DNA of 64,000 nt from Lingula anatina (lineage: Eukaryota > Animalia > Brachiopoda). Positions 16,252 through 28,800 of this stretch are shown here, one piece after another (position 1 is the first letter of the stretch; each line of letters begins with the position of its first letter). The notes under the pieces are model-generated. The model saw only the letters and a program-made list of their open reading frames with translations, had not been told where the DNA came from and ran no database searches. The stretch covers positions 124,001 to 188,000 of the forward strand of contig CM120641.1 in the NCBI GenBank assembly GCA_051362555.1, written 5' to 3'. Position numbers and translations under genes: made by a program.

Positions 16252-17140
16252 TCACTGTGGAGGCTGTGCATAGAGGCAGTCTTTTCCTTGGTATGTGATC
16301 AACGGTTCGTTTAACCATTCCGTAAATCCAGCATCTTTCACAAATTGCTTGACCTCCTGATCGTACTTCAGCTTGAAACCTTCCGGATCCCGTGCCAACA
16401 CGAACAGCGTGACCCGGAAGTTATCTGTGACCACTGCATACTCGTACTGACCACTGGTGGAAAACGTCTGGGGACCCAGCTTAACAATCCAATCTGTAAA
16501 AGAACATTACAGCGGGCTCAAAAAGTTACGCAATACGCAATACATTCCTGTCTTATACACTGACTAAGGAAAAATTTACTGACCTGCAGAGGAATTTAGC
16601 ATTCTATTATATTATCCCGTAATTTGTAGTTGCTATCAGATTACTATTTATATAACTGGGAAATATTGAATAAAAAAAAATAAATAATAAAGATTTATGC
16701 TGAAGGTATCCTGTAGGAAACTATGGGTTATGTATAACATGATAGAATAACATAGTGTATAATGTAGGCCCTATTCATCCTAAAAATTCTTATTTTTTCC
16801 CTTATCTTACTCTCTATCAAAGAAAAAAGGGAGGTGCCCCCCCCCCCCCCCCCCAACACATTCTCACTGCACAGAGCAGAAAAGTGTAAAGAAATAGCTA
16901 TAGAAATATCTGTAAATATCTAGAGAAAAATTGTTCCAAAACCCTGGTCGAGGGCAGGATTACCCGGTACTAAAGGATACTAACATGGAGCTTTCACAGG
17001 TACTCCGTCCAGTTTCACTGCCAGTTTCCCCGGCTCCTCCGTGGTGTAAGCAAATCCTCGGATGGTGTGAGCCTCTCCTGTCGGCGTCTTGGTTCTCTGG
17101 GCATTAAACACACTGACCGTGGTATTACTGACAGCGCCAT
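16252..17140 (-). CDS. Duplicated exons 3-4 of the minus-strand ApoD-like lipocalin (16985-17140, 16252-16493); alternative 3' end or orphan half-gene
   Basis: YGAVSNTTVSVFNAQRTKTPTGEAHTIRGFAYTTEEPGKLAVKLDGVPVKAP|YWIVKLGPQ..YEYAVVTDNFRVTLFVLARDPEGF..KDCLY; ORF and splice sites intact, near-identical to 22874-23761. Confidence 0.8.
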
Positions 17141-18675
17141 CTGGGGGTGAGAAGGTTTTGACAGTTTAACTGAACTCTGTTGTAAAGCAAATGGCTTATA
17201 CTTTTACTAATTGCAGATACTAATTAAAACGGAATCAAATGTGCAAAATCGTAGGGAGTTGTTGAGAGTAAATTAAGTTTCATCAAGAGTCAACAAGTGT
17301 ATACATGTTTTAGTGTCAGAAAAGATTGAAAAGGTCAAAGTCACTAACAGTGTATGCGATTGGTTAATTTCTTACACGTGTAAAACACATGCAAATTTAG
17401 GATGAGTAAGGTTCAAGCATAAGTAATTCAAATAATATTTTAGATATTTTAAATTGTAAACAAGTCTCTTAGAAATTACCTAATAAGGAAATGTTGAATG
17501 GAGGTTTGCGTCATGACAATGGAAAGTAAACAAGTAAATGCATGACCAGTACAGAGAAATAGATTATAAATACTTGTAAAATTGTATGAACAAAGGGTCG
17601 GTGAATAAACGTTAGAAAGCTCCAATTCGTCGTAAGTCTTCATTATAACATCTTCATACCTTTAGAATGTCAACTGGTTTGCATTTGTACATAAATCCCA
17701 AAGAGTTTTATCAAATACGAACTGACTGGCGCAAACTTTTTTTAATGTACTTGGCTGTTAACTTCCCAAATTTCAGTGACACTCTGAGACACCTGTTTTA
17801 ACATAAACACTCTTGGTCAAAAAGTTTTCCCCACCTCCAATCCTTTTTTTTTTTTCTTTTTTATCATGATCATATGATCACCTCGCATCAGTGCTTCTTA
17901 TTTCAGATACCATACAATGTTTCTTATTTCAGATATCATATTTATCATGACTCACGGTACAGAACATACAAAAATACCCGTGAAGATACCCCTAATTTAT
18001 ACCATTTTCCGAATTTAGAACATGCATCCCCTCAAATCTCGTCCAGAAAATTATTTTTGGAATATTCGTTAAATATATTTTCCAAGGCGCCATCTTTGAA
18101 GAGTTAACGAGGTCCGGTATCAATCATAACCTCACGTGGCGTGGGCATTTTCCATTTTTGCGTAATTAGACTCTCGACAAAACTTTACTTACATCTGGTG
18201 ACTTTATAGCTTTTATTTACTTTTGTTCATTCTGCTAATTTGACATTAAAAATCGTAAATCTTTCTTTACATTACTGTTTTTATTAAAAGCAAATTAGGA
18301 GGGTGCACATTAGTAATGAGATAAAATCTAGAAGCTGATATTAATTAGTCGTATGACACGTACGTACTCCCATACTTACGTATAAAAATTGAGGATGTTT
18401 TTCTTTAAATTTTGCAGTGTGCCAATGGAAAAGGGATGTGTTTTTCTTCAAATTTTGAAGTGTGTCAATGGAAACAGGATGTTTTTCTTCACATTTTGAA
18501 GTGTGTCAATGGAAACGGGATGTTTTTCTTCAAATTGTGAACTATGCCAATGGAACTTTGAAGTCATGGAAATGTTCCAAAGGGAAAAAGAAGAGGGACT
18601 CTCAGCTAAGCTATATAAAGTAAGACGACGAGCGTCCCAAGTAGTTATCAAGGCTAAACGATAGGACTACGAAAA

Positions 18676-20582
18676 ATGTGGAATACCATTCAGGTACCGT
18701 AAATCTTATACAAATAGCCTATGTCGTTTTACTCATTTTCATATGAATTATCTTGAAATTTCAAAAGATGCTCAGAGAATCACATCCCTAGTGATCACTT
18801 AGTTAGAACACAGAAAAAAACAGGTGTTCGGAACATTGTAACGTGTTCTGATCACGCAGGTCTAAATACCCATTCTCTTAGATTTTTTATTATTTCACGC
18901 ACTATTTCTTAGAAATGGAAAAAATCAATTAATTTGGATTCTTGGAGTTTTATATTAAGCTTAAATGAAATCTTTTTTGTAGGTCGTTGGTTTCCTACTC
19001 TGCGTGAACATCATGTGCAGCTTTGCACAGTGGATACCAACTGTACTATCAGAGCCAGTAAACGCCCAAGGTATGGTAAATAAAATAGTGTCGGTTTAAC
19101 AGGGATGGAAGTTCGCTAGGATTCGTAATCCGTTCCCCATTACTTTGTACAGGTGATATTCGTCCCATAAACTAACCCAAATACTCCAACTAACCCTAAC
19201 TTGTACTAGTCATACTGGAGCCCGGACTTCCATTCCTAGGACTTCCATATCCTGTTACACATATCCTATTATATGTAGCAGTCACTTTGTATTTCCTTGC
19301 CAACCAAGAAGTGCATGTAAACGGAGAGTGTCGCAATTTTGTCGATCAGTATAAAATGCAGACATAAATAATAATAATAAAGATAATAATAACGATGGTA
19401 TTTACTCAAAGTTTAAAATGTTAAATCGATTATACGCGTTATTTAAAGTACAAAATAAGAGGAAGGTTTAAATACATGAAAGAAGTTTTTTCGTGGTCTA
19501 CAGATACGATGATAAAATACAAATATCCTTACTAAAGAGATTGAACAATGTCCCGTTTCTGAGCACTGAATTCCGGCGCGAAATCACCATTCACGTGACC
19601 AAAGCCCATAGGTGGTGGACAGAAACGTCGTGTTTGACTGATGTTATTGAGTTCTTAGAATTTTTATCAAGATTAAAATTGTCATTGTGAAAAGTAGTTA
19701 AAAACGAGCCTTTTGGTTAGCAAGGAAGTGCACTATATACACTAGCTTTCACTTATTCTGCTTATTTGGGATGTTGCACAGACGGTAGAATTACGAAGTT
19801 TGATTTCCTTCGATACATACGTTACTGATATATTTTAATGATTATGATATGTTTATTACAACTTCTTGTGCGCCCACATCTAATTCTTACCGAAAATAGA
19901 TTGCAAATGAAGAGAAACGTAACAGAAAAAAGTAGTTATCTACAAACGTTCAGTAAAAAGTTGTTCTATCGTGCATACAATACGTTACCAATAATAACGT
20001 TACCAGTAGCTACGATGTCACAGAAGAAGGATCTCTGAAAAGTTACTTGCCTTCCCCCAAAATCAGCCTGCCACATTTTTGATCGCTGATTGCCCATTAC
20101 CAAACATAGTTTCATGCATGCATCGTGTGTTAATTTATTTTTGCTATCATTATTTCTAATTGGTAATATTACACACATACTAATCAATTACACGGCGATT
20201 ATTTTTAGAACACCCAGACGGATTCTGGTTTGGAACTCAAAACATGGATTGTCTCAAAGGAAAGAAGGGCAAACGCTCCGTATCTCGAAATACCTTACTC
20301 TATGCGCATCGCCTGATTTACTATCGTGGACTAATCTTCGAGTGGGGAGTTCGTTGGGGAAACGGCGAGTTAGGGTATTCTATTTGCGCGTCCCCTTTCG
20401 GTCCACACTGTGAAGTCAGCTGGGAGGCTCGGCCAGCAGCGACGAGTACCTGTGGTATTGAAGCCGCCAAACAGTTTGCACGATCCTACAAATCGAGATT
20501 TGGAAACTACAACCTGATTTTCAACAACTGCCACACGTTTGCCAACCGTCTAGCGGGCATGTTGCAAAACGGCGATTGTTAA
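18676..20582 (+). CDS. Secreted PPPDE-like protein copy C (complete, ~159 aa); exons 18676-18693, 18983-19070, 20209-20582
   Basis: TATATAAA at ~18612; MWNTIQ|VVGFLLCVNIMCSFAQWIPTVLSEPVNAQ|EHPDGFWFG..YAHRLIYY..YNLIFNNCHTFANRL. Confidence 0.8.
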
Positions 20583-22873
20583 CCTCGCTTCAGGGCTACA
20601 GCTGATGAAGATTGAATGGTGAAGTTGGCAAAATATGGCAAATATTGTATTATATTTAAGTTGTAACAGGAGAAACATTCACAATCATTTTAACAAACCC
20701 AAATTAATAAGTGCCTGATGTCGAGGAATAACAAAGCTGTATGTTTTTAAAATACACGAAGCCTATGAATCACTAACGTACCCATTTGAGAATAAGTAAT
20801 GTAGTATTTCTTTTTTGTGTTCATACTGCGAGAAAAAATAATTTGAACTTGAAAACGCGCATTTGCGAGATATGACCTAGTATAATTAAGACGACAAGTT
20901 TTCAGCGTGCAACCAGTTTTATGAATGACCGCCTTGTTTTATACTACCCCATTACAATTATTCAGATTCATTTATATTCTAAAGAGGTTTATGAATAAAA
21001 CTTTGCTGAACAACTAAAATTACCTGCTTTTGATTTTCGTTAATCATTTATATTCTAAAGAGGTTTATAAATAAAAACTTTGCCAAACAAACTCAAAATT
21101 TGCTCCTTTTGATTTTTGTTGATCACCATTTCGGCATACTTAAGCACTTTGGCATGACACATGAATGCTGGGGATAAAATCCTCCTTTGTCGACCACAAT
21201 CATTTTTTATCGAGCAATCATAAGATACTAGTATCTTTCAAAAGGTAGGGAGATAATTCGCAAGTCACAAGTTTTCAAAGCACCAGTGTAACTGTTTTAG
21301 TTATTTGTCATCTATTCTACTGGGTTTACATCTCATAATGAAGACATTGGACAGTTAAAGCTCTAAGTCTTTTTAGACTTGTGAAGATTCTTTTGTCTAT
21401 AGCTACTTATATATGCCTGATCTTACCATCCAATATTTCATCTGCTTGCAGTCAGACTTCATCAGGGAATGAGGTTGTAACAGGTGTGACAACCTATCAC
21501 CCCCTCTGGTGTGCTAATGAAACTGTTCTACACTATAGGTCTTTTTGTTTTTCGCTTAATCAACCCCAAATTTTTCATTTTTTGAATGTGGCCAGAATGT
21601 AAACATCAAGCATAACCAAATTTCTTAAAAAGGTAACTACACACATTAAAGAACGGTTTCATATTTTGGCAAAACATTCCACCCAAAATTCAACAGTTCA
21701 AAGGCCGCTCTTCTATAGATACATATCTTAGATAAGTTTTGCAAATATTTACAAAGAAACTGATACCGTGTCTCCTACTACTGCATGCGACACAAAAATA
21801 AAAATTATAACAAAGGTTGAAAGATCGACAAGAATCTATCAAAAGTAAGATTTTGGAAAAAGTACAGTGCAAAGCGTACCGAGAAAAGTATTACTTTATA
21901 TTTACCTAGACATCTCACTATTGGTATTTTGGACGGAAAACAAGTGTTTCATTTATTTCTCCCTTAATCCATTTTTGTGACGACAATTTGAAAAAAGTCA
22001 GCAGTCCAACGATACACACACAAATGCACAAGCGCACACAAAAATAGTGGCGATGCTGTATCCAGATATGTATGTTCTTAAAACTTATGGAGTCTTCTCG
22101 TGTTGAAAAAAAAATTATTTAAAATATCAATTGCCATAGTAAAGTTTTTTAAATACAAAGTTAAAAACAATTTATGGTATTGACTGAATTGATTAATACA
22201 TCCTATTAAATTTACATCAACAGCTAGTTAATTTGAATGAATTGGGGATATATTGGGTCTTAAGTAGCCAGAACGTTTTTTGTCACCGATAGTTATTCCC
22301 CTTCATCGTGTCCTTCATACAGTACTTCAGTTCTACTCCTGGCTCCTCAGCCTTCTCAGGTAGTGTGGAAATAGTACACTTTTCCCGGGCCAGATTAGAA
22401 TAGCAATGAGAAAAGAAACACAAAGAGTTTATTTAAATAAAACTGCGGATAACCTTGAACGTAGTACCAAATAGAACAATAAAAGCTTTAATTAAGCCGT
22501 GGGTGCTACGTGTCGTCAGTGCAAGTTAGACTTTGGTGAGATTTATTCTATGGAAACAAGTGGTATCAGAAATATAGGAAATTGTTTAAAATAGTTCCAT
22601 TTTAATAGAAAAGAAACTTTTTATTTACCTTAATTTATAGAACACTTTAATCACAGTTAGTTTCTTATGTATTCATTTTGTTATACTGAATATAAAAATG
22701 GACGCTTTAGAAACAGAAGAATACACAATAGAATTATACAATGCCTCTCCGTGCATCTTTCATTTCTTGGCTGTTATTAAATAACAGTCACTGAAAACAT
22801 TGTCCTTCCGTGAATTACTCTACCTCACAAAAGTCTTCATATACAACTGAATCAACAAAAGGAACAGAATATT

Positions 22874-25800
22874 TCACTGTGGAGGCTGTGCATAGAGGCA
22901 GTCTTTTCCTTGGTATGTGACCAACGGTTCATTTAACCATTCTGTAAATCCAGCATCTTTCACAAATTGCTTGACCTCCTGATCGTACTTCAGCTTGAAA
23001 CCTTCCGGATCCCGTGCCAACACGAACAGCGTGACCCGGAAGTTATCTGTGACCACTGCATACTCGTACTGACCACTGGTGGAAAACGTCTGGGGACCCA
23101 GTTTAACAATCCAATCTGTAAAATAACATTACAGCGGGCTCAAAAAGTAACGCAATACGCAATACATTCCTGTCTTATCCACTGACTAAGGAAAAATTTA
23201 CTGACCTGCAGAGGAATTTAGCATTCTATTATATTATCCCGTAATTTGTAGTTGCTATCAGATTACTATTTATATAACTGGGAAATATTGAATAAAAAAA
23301 ATAAATAATAAAGATTTATGCTGAAGGTATCCTGTAGGAAACTATGGGTAATGTATAACATGATAGAATAACATAGTGTATAATGTAGGCCCTATTCATC
23401 CTAAAAATTCTTATTACTCCCTTATCTTACTCTCTATCAAAGAAAAAAGGGAGGTGCCCCCCCCCCCCCCCCCCCAACACATTCTCACTGCACAGAGCAG
23501 AAAAGTGTAAAGAAATAGCTATAGAAATATCTGTAAATATCTAGAGAAAAATTGTTCCAAAAACCTGGTAGAGGGTAGAATTACCCGGTACTAAAGGATA
23601 CTAACATGGAGCTTTCACAGGTACTCCGTCCAGTTTCACTGCCAGTTTCCCCGGCTCCTCCGTGGTGTAAGCAAATCCTCGGATGGTGTGAGCCTCTCCT
23701 GTCGGCGCCTTGGTTCTCTGGGCATTAAACACACTGACAGTGGTATTACTGACAGCGCCATCTGGGGGTGAGAGGGTTTTGACAGTTTAACTGTTGTAAA
23801 GCAAATGACTTATACTTTTACTAATTGCAGATACTAATTAAAACGGAATCAAATGTGCAAAATCATAGGGAGTTGATGAGAGTAAATTAAGTTTCATCAA
23901 GAGTCCACAAGTGTAGAACATGTTTTTAGTGTCAGAAAAAAATGGAAAAGTTCAAAGTCGGTAACAGTGTATGTGATTGGTTAATTTCTCAATAGATTTA
24001 CAAGTTTCTTTAACGTATAAAACACATGCAAACTTAGGATGAGTAAGGTTCAAGCATGAGTAACTCAAATAATATTTTAGATATTTTAAATTGAAAACAA
24101 GTCTCTTAGAAATTACCTTATAAGGAAATGTTGAATGGAGGTTTGCAACATGACAATGGAAAGTAAACAAGTAAATGCATGACCAATACAGAGGAATATA
24201 GTTTAAATACTTGTAAAATTGTATGAACAGAGGGTCAGTGAATAAACGTTAGAAAGCTCCAATTTGTCGTTATTCTTCATTATAACATCTTCATACCTTA
24301 AGTATGTCACAGGTTTGCATTTGTTCATAAATCCCAAAGAGCTTTATCAGATACGAACTGACTGGCGCAAACTTTTTTAATATACTTGGCTGTTAACTTC
24401 CCAAATTTCAGTGACACTCTGAGACACCTGTTTTAACATAAACACTCTTGGTCAAAAAGGTTTCCCCACCTCCAATCCTTTTTTTTTTCTTTTTTATCAT
24501 GATCATATGATCACCTCGCATCAGTGCTTCTTATTTCAGATACCATACAGTGTTTCTTATTTCAGATATCATATTTATCATGACTCACGGTACAGAACAT
24601 ACAAAAATACCCGTGAAGATACCCCTACTTTATACCATTTTCCGAATTTAGAACATGCATCTCCTCAAATCTCGGAAATCTGATGTTCTACAGTGAATCT
24701 CACAGTCCATAAAATTTAAACAGTAGAACCAAAATGACACCAAATTTACACAGAATTAGCACGAGCATGTGCTCGTTAAAGGCCACATGTTTAATAGCAT
24801 CAGTGTCCACCGTACTGCCTTCAACTAGGGCAAGAATTCTGCTTTGTGGAAAATTACATCGTTCGTCCAGAAAAGCTTTTTGGAATTGCTCAAGATTGTA
24901 AGGGGGCTGAAGTTCCACTGCATTGCTACATGTAACTCCAATTCGGAAAGCAGCTGCTCAGTTAAGTTAGTATCAGGGCTCGAAGAAGGTTGATCCATCC
25001 TCGCATCCCTAGAACTTTGCGTTTCTGCAACAATTCACTCGCCAGACGAGAAATGTGAGCAAATGTGTTCTCGTGGTGAAGCCTGTAGTTACCCAGGAGT
25101 CACCTCTTGTAAATTGAGTGAGATTTATGTTTTAAATTTTACATTCATTATTTTTCCGGCATCTTTTGCGTGATCTAAAAATCTTCAATTCTGATTTTGA
25201 CGACCACGCAGGCACGCAACCTTTCCTTATTGTGCAGTCTCTTTAGTCAGTCTCAAATTACATATTCGGTAAATATATTTTCCAAGGCGTCAACTTTGAA
25301 AAGTTAACGAGGTCCAGTTTGCAGGCGTGACAACATAATGGGAAATTATCTTTGATCGTGAAATTAAAATATCAATCCTAACCTCACGTGGCGTGGGCAT
25401 TTTCCATTTTTACGTAATTAGACTTTCGACAAAACTTCACTTACATCTGGTGACTTTATAGCTTTTATTTACTTTTGTTCATTCTGCTTATTAGAAATTA
25501 AAAATCGTAAATCTTTTTTTTTTTTTACATTACTGTTCTTCTTTATAGCAAATTGGGAGGGTGCACATTAGTAATGAGATATAATCTAGAAGCTTATATT
25601 AATTAGTCCTATGACACGCACTTACGCCCATACTTACGTATATAAATTGAGGATGTTTTTCTTTAAATTTTGCAGTGTGCCAATGGAAAAGGGATGTATT
25701 TCTTCAAATTTTGAAGTGTGTCAATGGAAACAGGATGATTTTCTTCAAAATTTGAAGTGTGTCAATGAAAACGGGATGTTTTTCTTCAAATTGTGAACTA

Positions 25801-28800
25801 TGCCAATGGAACTTTGAAGTCATGGAAGTGTTCCAAAGGGAAAACAAAGAGGGACACTCAGCTAAATCTACTTCCTTCTTGTGTTCGTTTGTGGTGCTAT
25901 ATAAAGTAAGCAGCCAAGCGTCCCAAGAAGTTATCAAAGTTAAACGATAGGACTACGAAAAATGTGGAATACCATTCAGGTTCCGTAAATCTTATACAAA
26001 TAGCCTATGTCGTTTTACTTATTTTCATATGAATTACCTTGAAATTTCAAAAGATGCTCAAAGAATCGCATCCATAGTGATTACTGAGTTAGAACACTGA
26101 AAAAAACAGGTGTTCGGAACATAAATACCCATTCTCTTAGGTTTTTTTTTTTCTCGAACGATTTCTTAGAAATGGAAAAATAATTAATTTGGATTCTTGG
26201 AGTTTTATATTATGCTTAAATGAAATCCTTTTTGTAGGTCGTTGTATTCCTACTCTGCGTGAACGTCATGTACAGCCATGCACTGTGGACACCTCCTAGA
26301 CGAACGGAGGAAATGGACCTCCAAGGTATGGTAAATAAAATAGTGACGGTGTAACAGGAATGGAAGTCCGCTAGGAACCGTAGTCCGCCACCCATTACTT
26401 TGTACAGTTGATATTCGTCCATATACTAACCCCAATACTCAAACTAACCCGCACCTGTACTAATCATATGGGAGCCCGGACTTCCATTCCTAGGACTTCC
26501 ATTCCTGTTCCGGTATTATATGTATCGGTCAGTTTGTATGTCCTTGTCAGCCAAGAAGTGCATGTAAACGGAGAGTGTCGCAATTTTGTCGATCAGTATA
26601 AAAAGCAAACATAAATAATAATTATAATAAAAAAGGTAATAATAACGATGGTATTTATTCAAAGTTAAAAATATTAAATCGATTATACGCGTTATTTAAA
26701 GTACAAAATAAGAGGAAGGTTTTAATACATGAAAGAAGTTTTTCGTGGTCTCCTTATACGATGATAAAATATACTAAAGAGACTGAACAATGTCCCGTTT
26801 CTTAAGCACTGAATTCCGGCACGAAATCACCATTCACGTGACCAAAGTCCATAGGTGGTGGAAAGAAACGTCGTGTTTGACTGATGTTATTTAGTTCTTA
26901 GAGTTTTTATCAAGATTAAAATTGTCATTGTGAAAAGTAGGTAAAAACGAGCCTTTTGGTTAACAAGGAAATATACACTAACTTTCACTAATTCTGCTGT
27001 AAAGTTTTAAACTTTAGGCTCGACGTGTGCCATTGGGATGTTGCACTGCCAGTAAAAAATACTGTTGTTGAAACTCCATTTGCAAAGTTTTCAGCGTAAA
27101 ACGACTATCAACGCTTTCTTATTAATTAGAGTCAATTGATGTTGCCGATCGCTCAGCCATGGTCGGGAATGAATATGAACTATCCGAATATGTTTTAATA
27201 AAGGTTACATGTCTATCTCAAATGTACACTTAAAACATCATTATGATCTCTGAATGTTTGAAATAATTTCTCAGCAAAATTTCCGAACCGGTCCTTACAT
27301 GGTATGTTCCTGTCGTCACGTCGATGTAAGACAAATAGACTGAATATTTTACCGAATATCTTTTACAACTGGTCATGTCAACCACGTTAAATTAATAGTA
27401 TGCCATGATAGCTTTGGAAAAAACGTTCCGTTGATTTTTGAAATTAATCTTCGTAGTAATAAAGTATTCTTCCAAAGATTCATATATCGCCAATGTTAAA
27501 AAATACAAGTTACCGCTCTTTAAAACTTGACACAATACTGCAAAAAAATGGATTGTCATAGTTAATCTTTGAAAAATTGGACCAAATATGAATTGCCAAA
27601 TATGTGTAATAAATATTTCTGCAGTGATCATATGAACAAATCACGGAATTGCGAAGGTTGATTTCCTTCGATACATACATTACTGATATATTTTAATTAT
27701 TATTATATGTTTATTACAACTTCTTGTGCGCCCTCATCTAATTCTTATTGAAAATAGATTGCAAAAAGAGGAACGTAACAGAAAATGTTCAGTGAAAAGT
27801 TGTTCTATCGTGCATACAACAATTTACCAATAATAACGTTACCAATAGCTACGATATCACAGAAGAAGGATCTCTGAAAAGTTACTTGCCTTCCTTCCAA
27901 AATCAGCCTGGCACATTTGTTTCACTGTTTGCCCATTACCAAACATAGTTTAATGCATACATTGTGTATTTATTTATTTTTGCCATCATTATTTCTAATT
28001 GGTAATATTACACACACACTAATCAATTACACAACGATTATTTTTAGAACACCCAGCCGGATTCTGGTTTGGAACTCAAAACTTGGGTTGTGTCAAAGGA
28101 AAGAAGGGCAAACGCTCTGTATCTCGATTTCCCTTACGCATTGCACATCGCCTGATTTACTATCGTGGGCTAATCTTCGAGTGGGGAATTCGTGATGGAA
28201 ACGGCGAGTAAGGGTATTCTATTGGCACGTCCCCTGCCGTTCCACACTGTGAAGTCAGCTGGGAGGCTCGGCCAGCAGCGACGAGTACCTGTGGTATTGA
28301 AGCCGCCAAAGAGTTTACACGATCCTACAAATCGAGATTTGGAAGGTACCGCTTTTTATTCAACAACTGCCACACGTTTGCCAACCGTCTAGCGGGCATG
28401 TTGCAAAACGGCGATTGTTAACCTCGCTTCAGGGCTACAGCTGATGAAGATTGAATGGTGAAGTTGGCAAAATATGGCAAATATTGTATTATATTTAAGT
28501 TGTAACAGGAGAAACATTCACAATCATTTTAACAAACTCAAATTAATAATGCCTGATGTCGAGGAATAACAAAGCTGTATGTTATGAAAATACAAGCCTA
28601 TGAATCACTAACGTACCCATTTGAGAATAAGTAATGTAGTATTTCTTTTTTGTGTTCATACTGCGAGAAAAAATAATTTGAACTTGAAAACACGCATTTG
28701 CGAGATCTGAACTAGTATGATTTAGACGACAAGTTTTCAGTGTGCAACCAGTTTTATGCATGACTGCCTTGTTTTATACTACCCCATTACAATTATTCAG

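Noticed and set aside
13241-21872. Identical short ORF pairs (13241/19838, 14784/21381, 15093/21690)
   Set aside because: Identity reflects the recent segmental copy of intronic and flanking DNA, not coding constraint; frames are broken in the other units.
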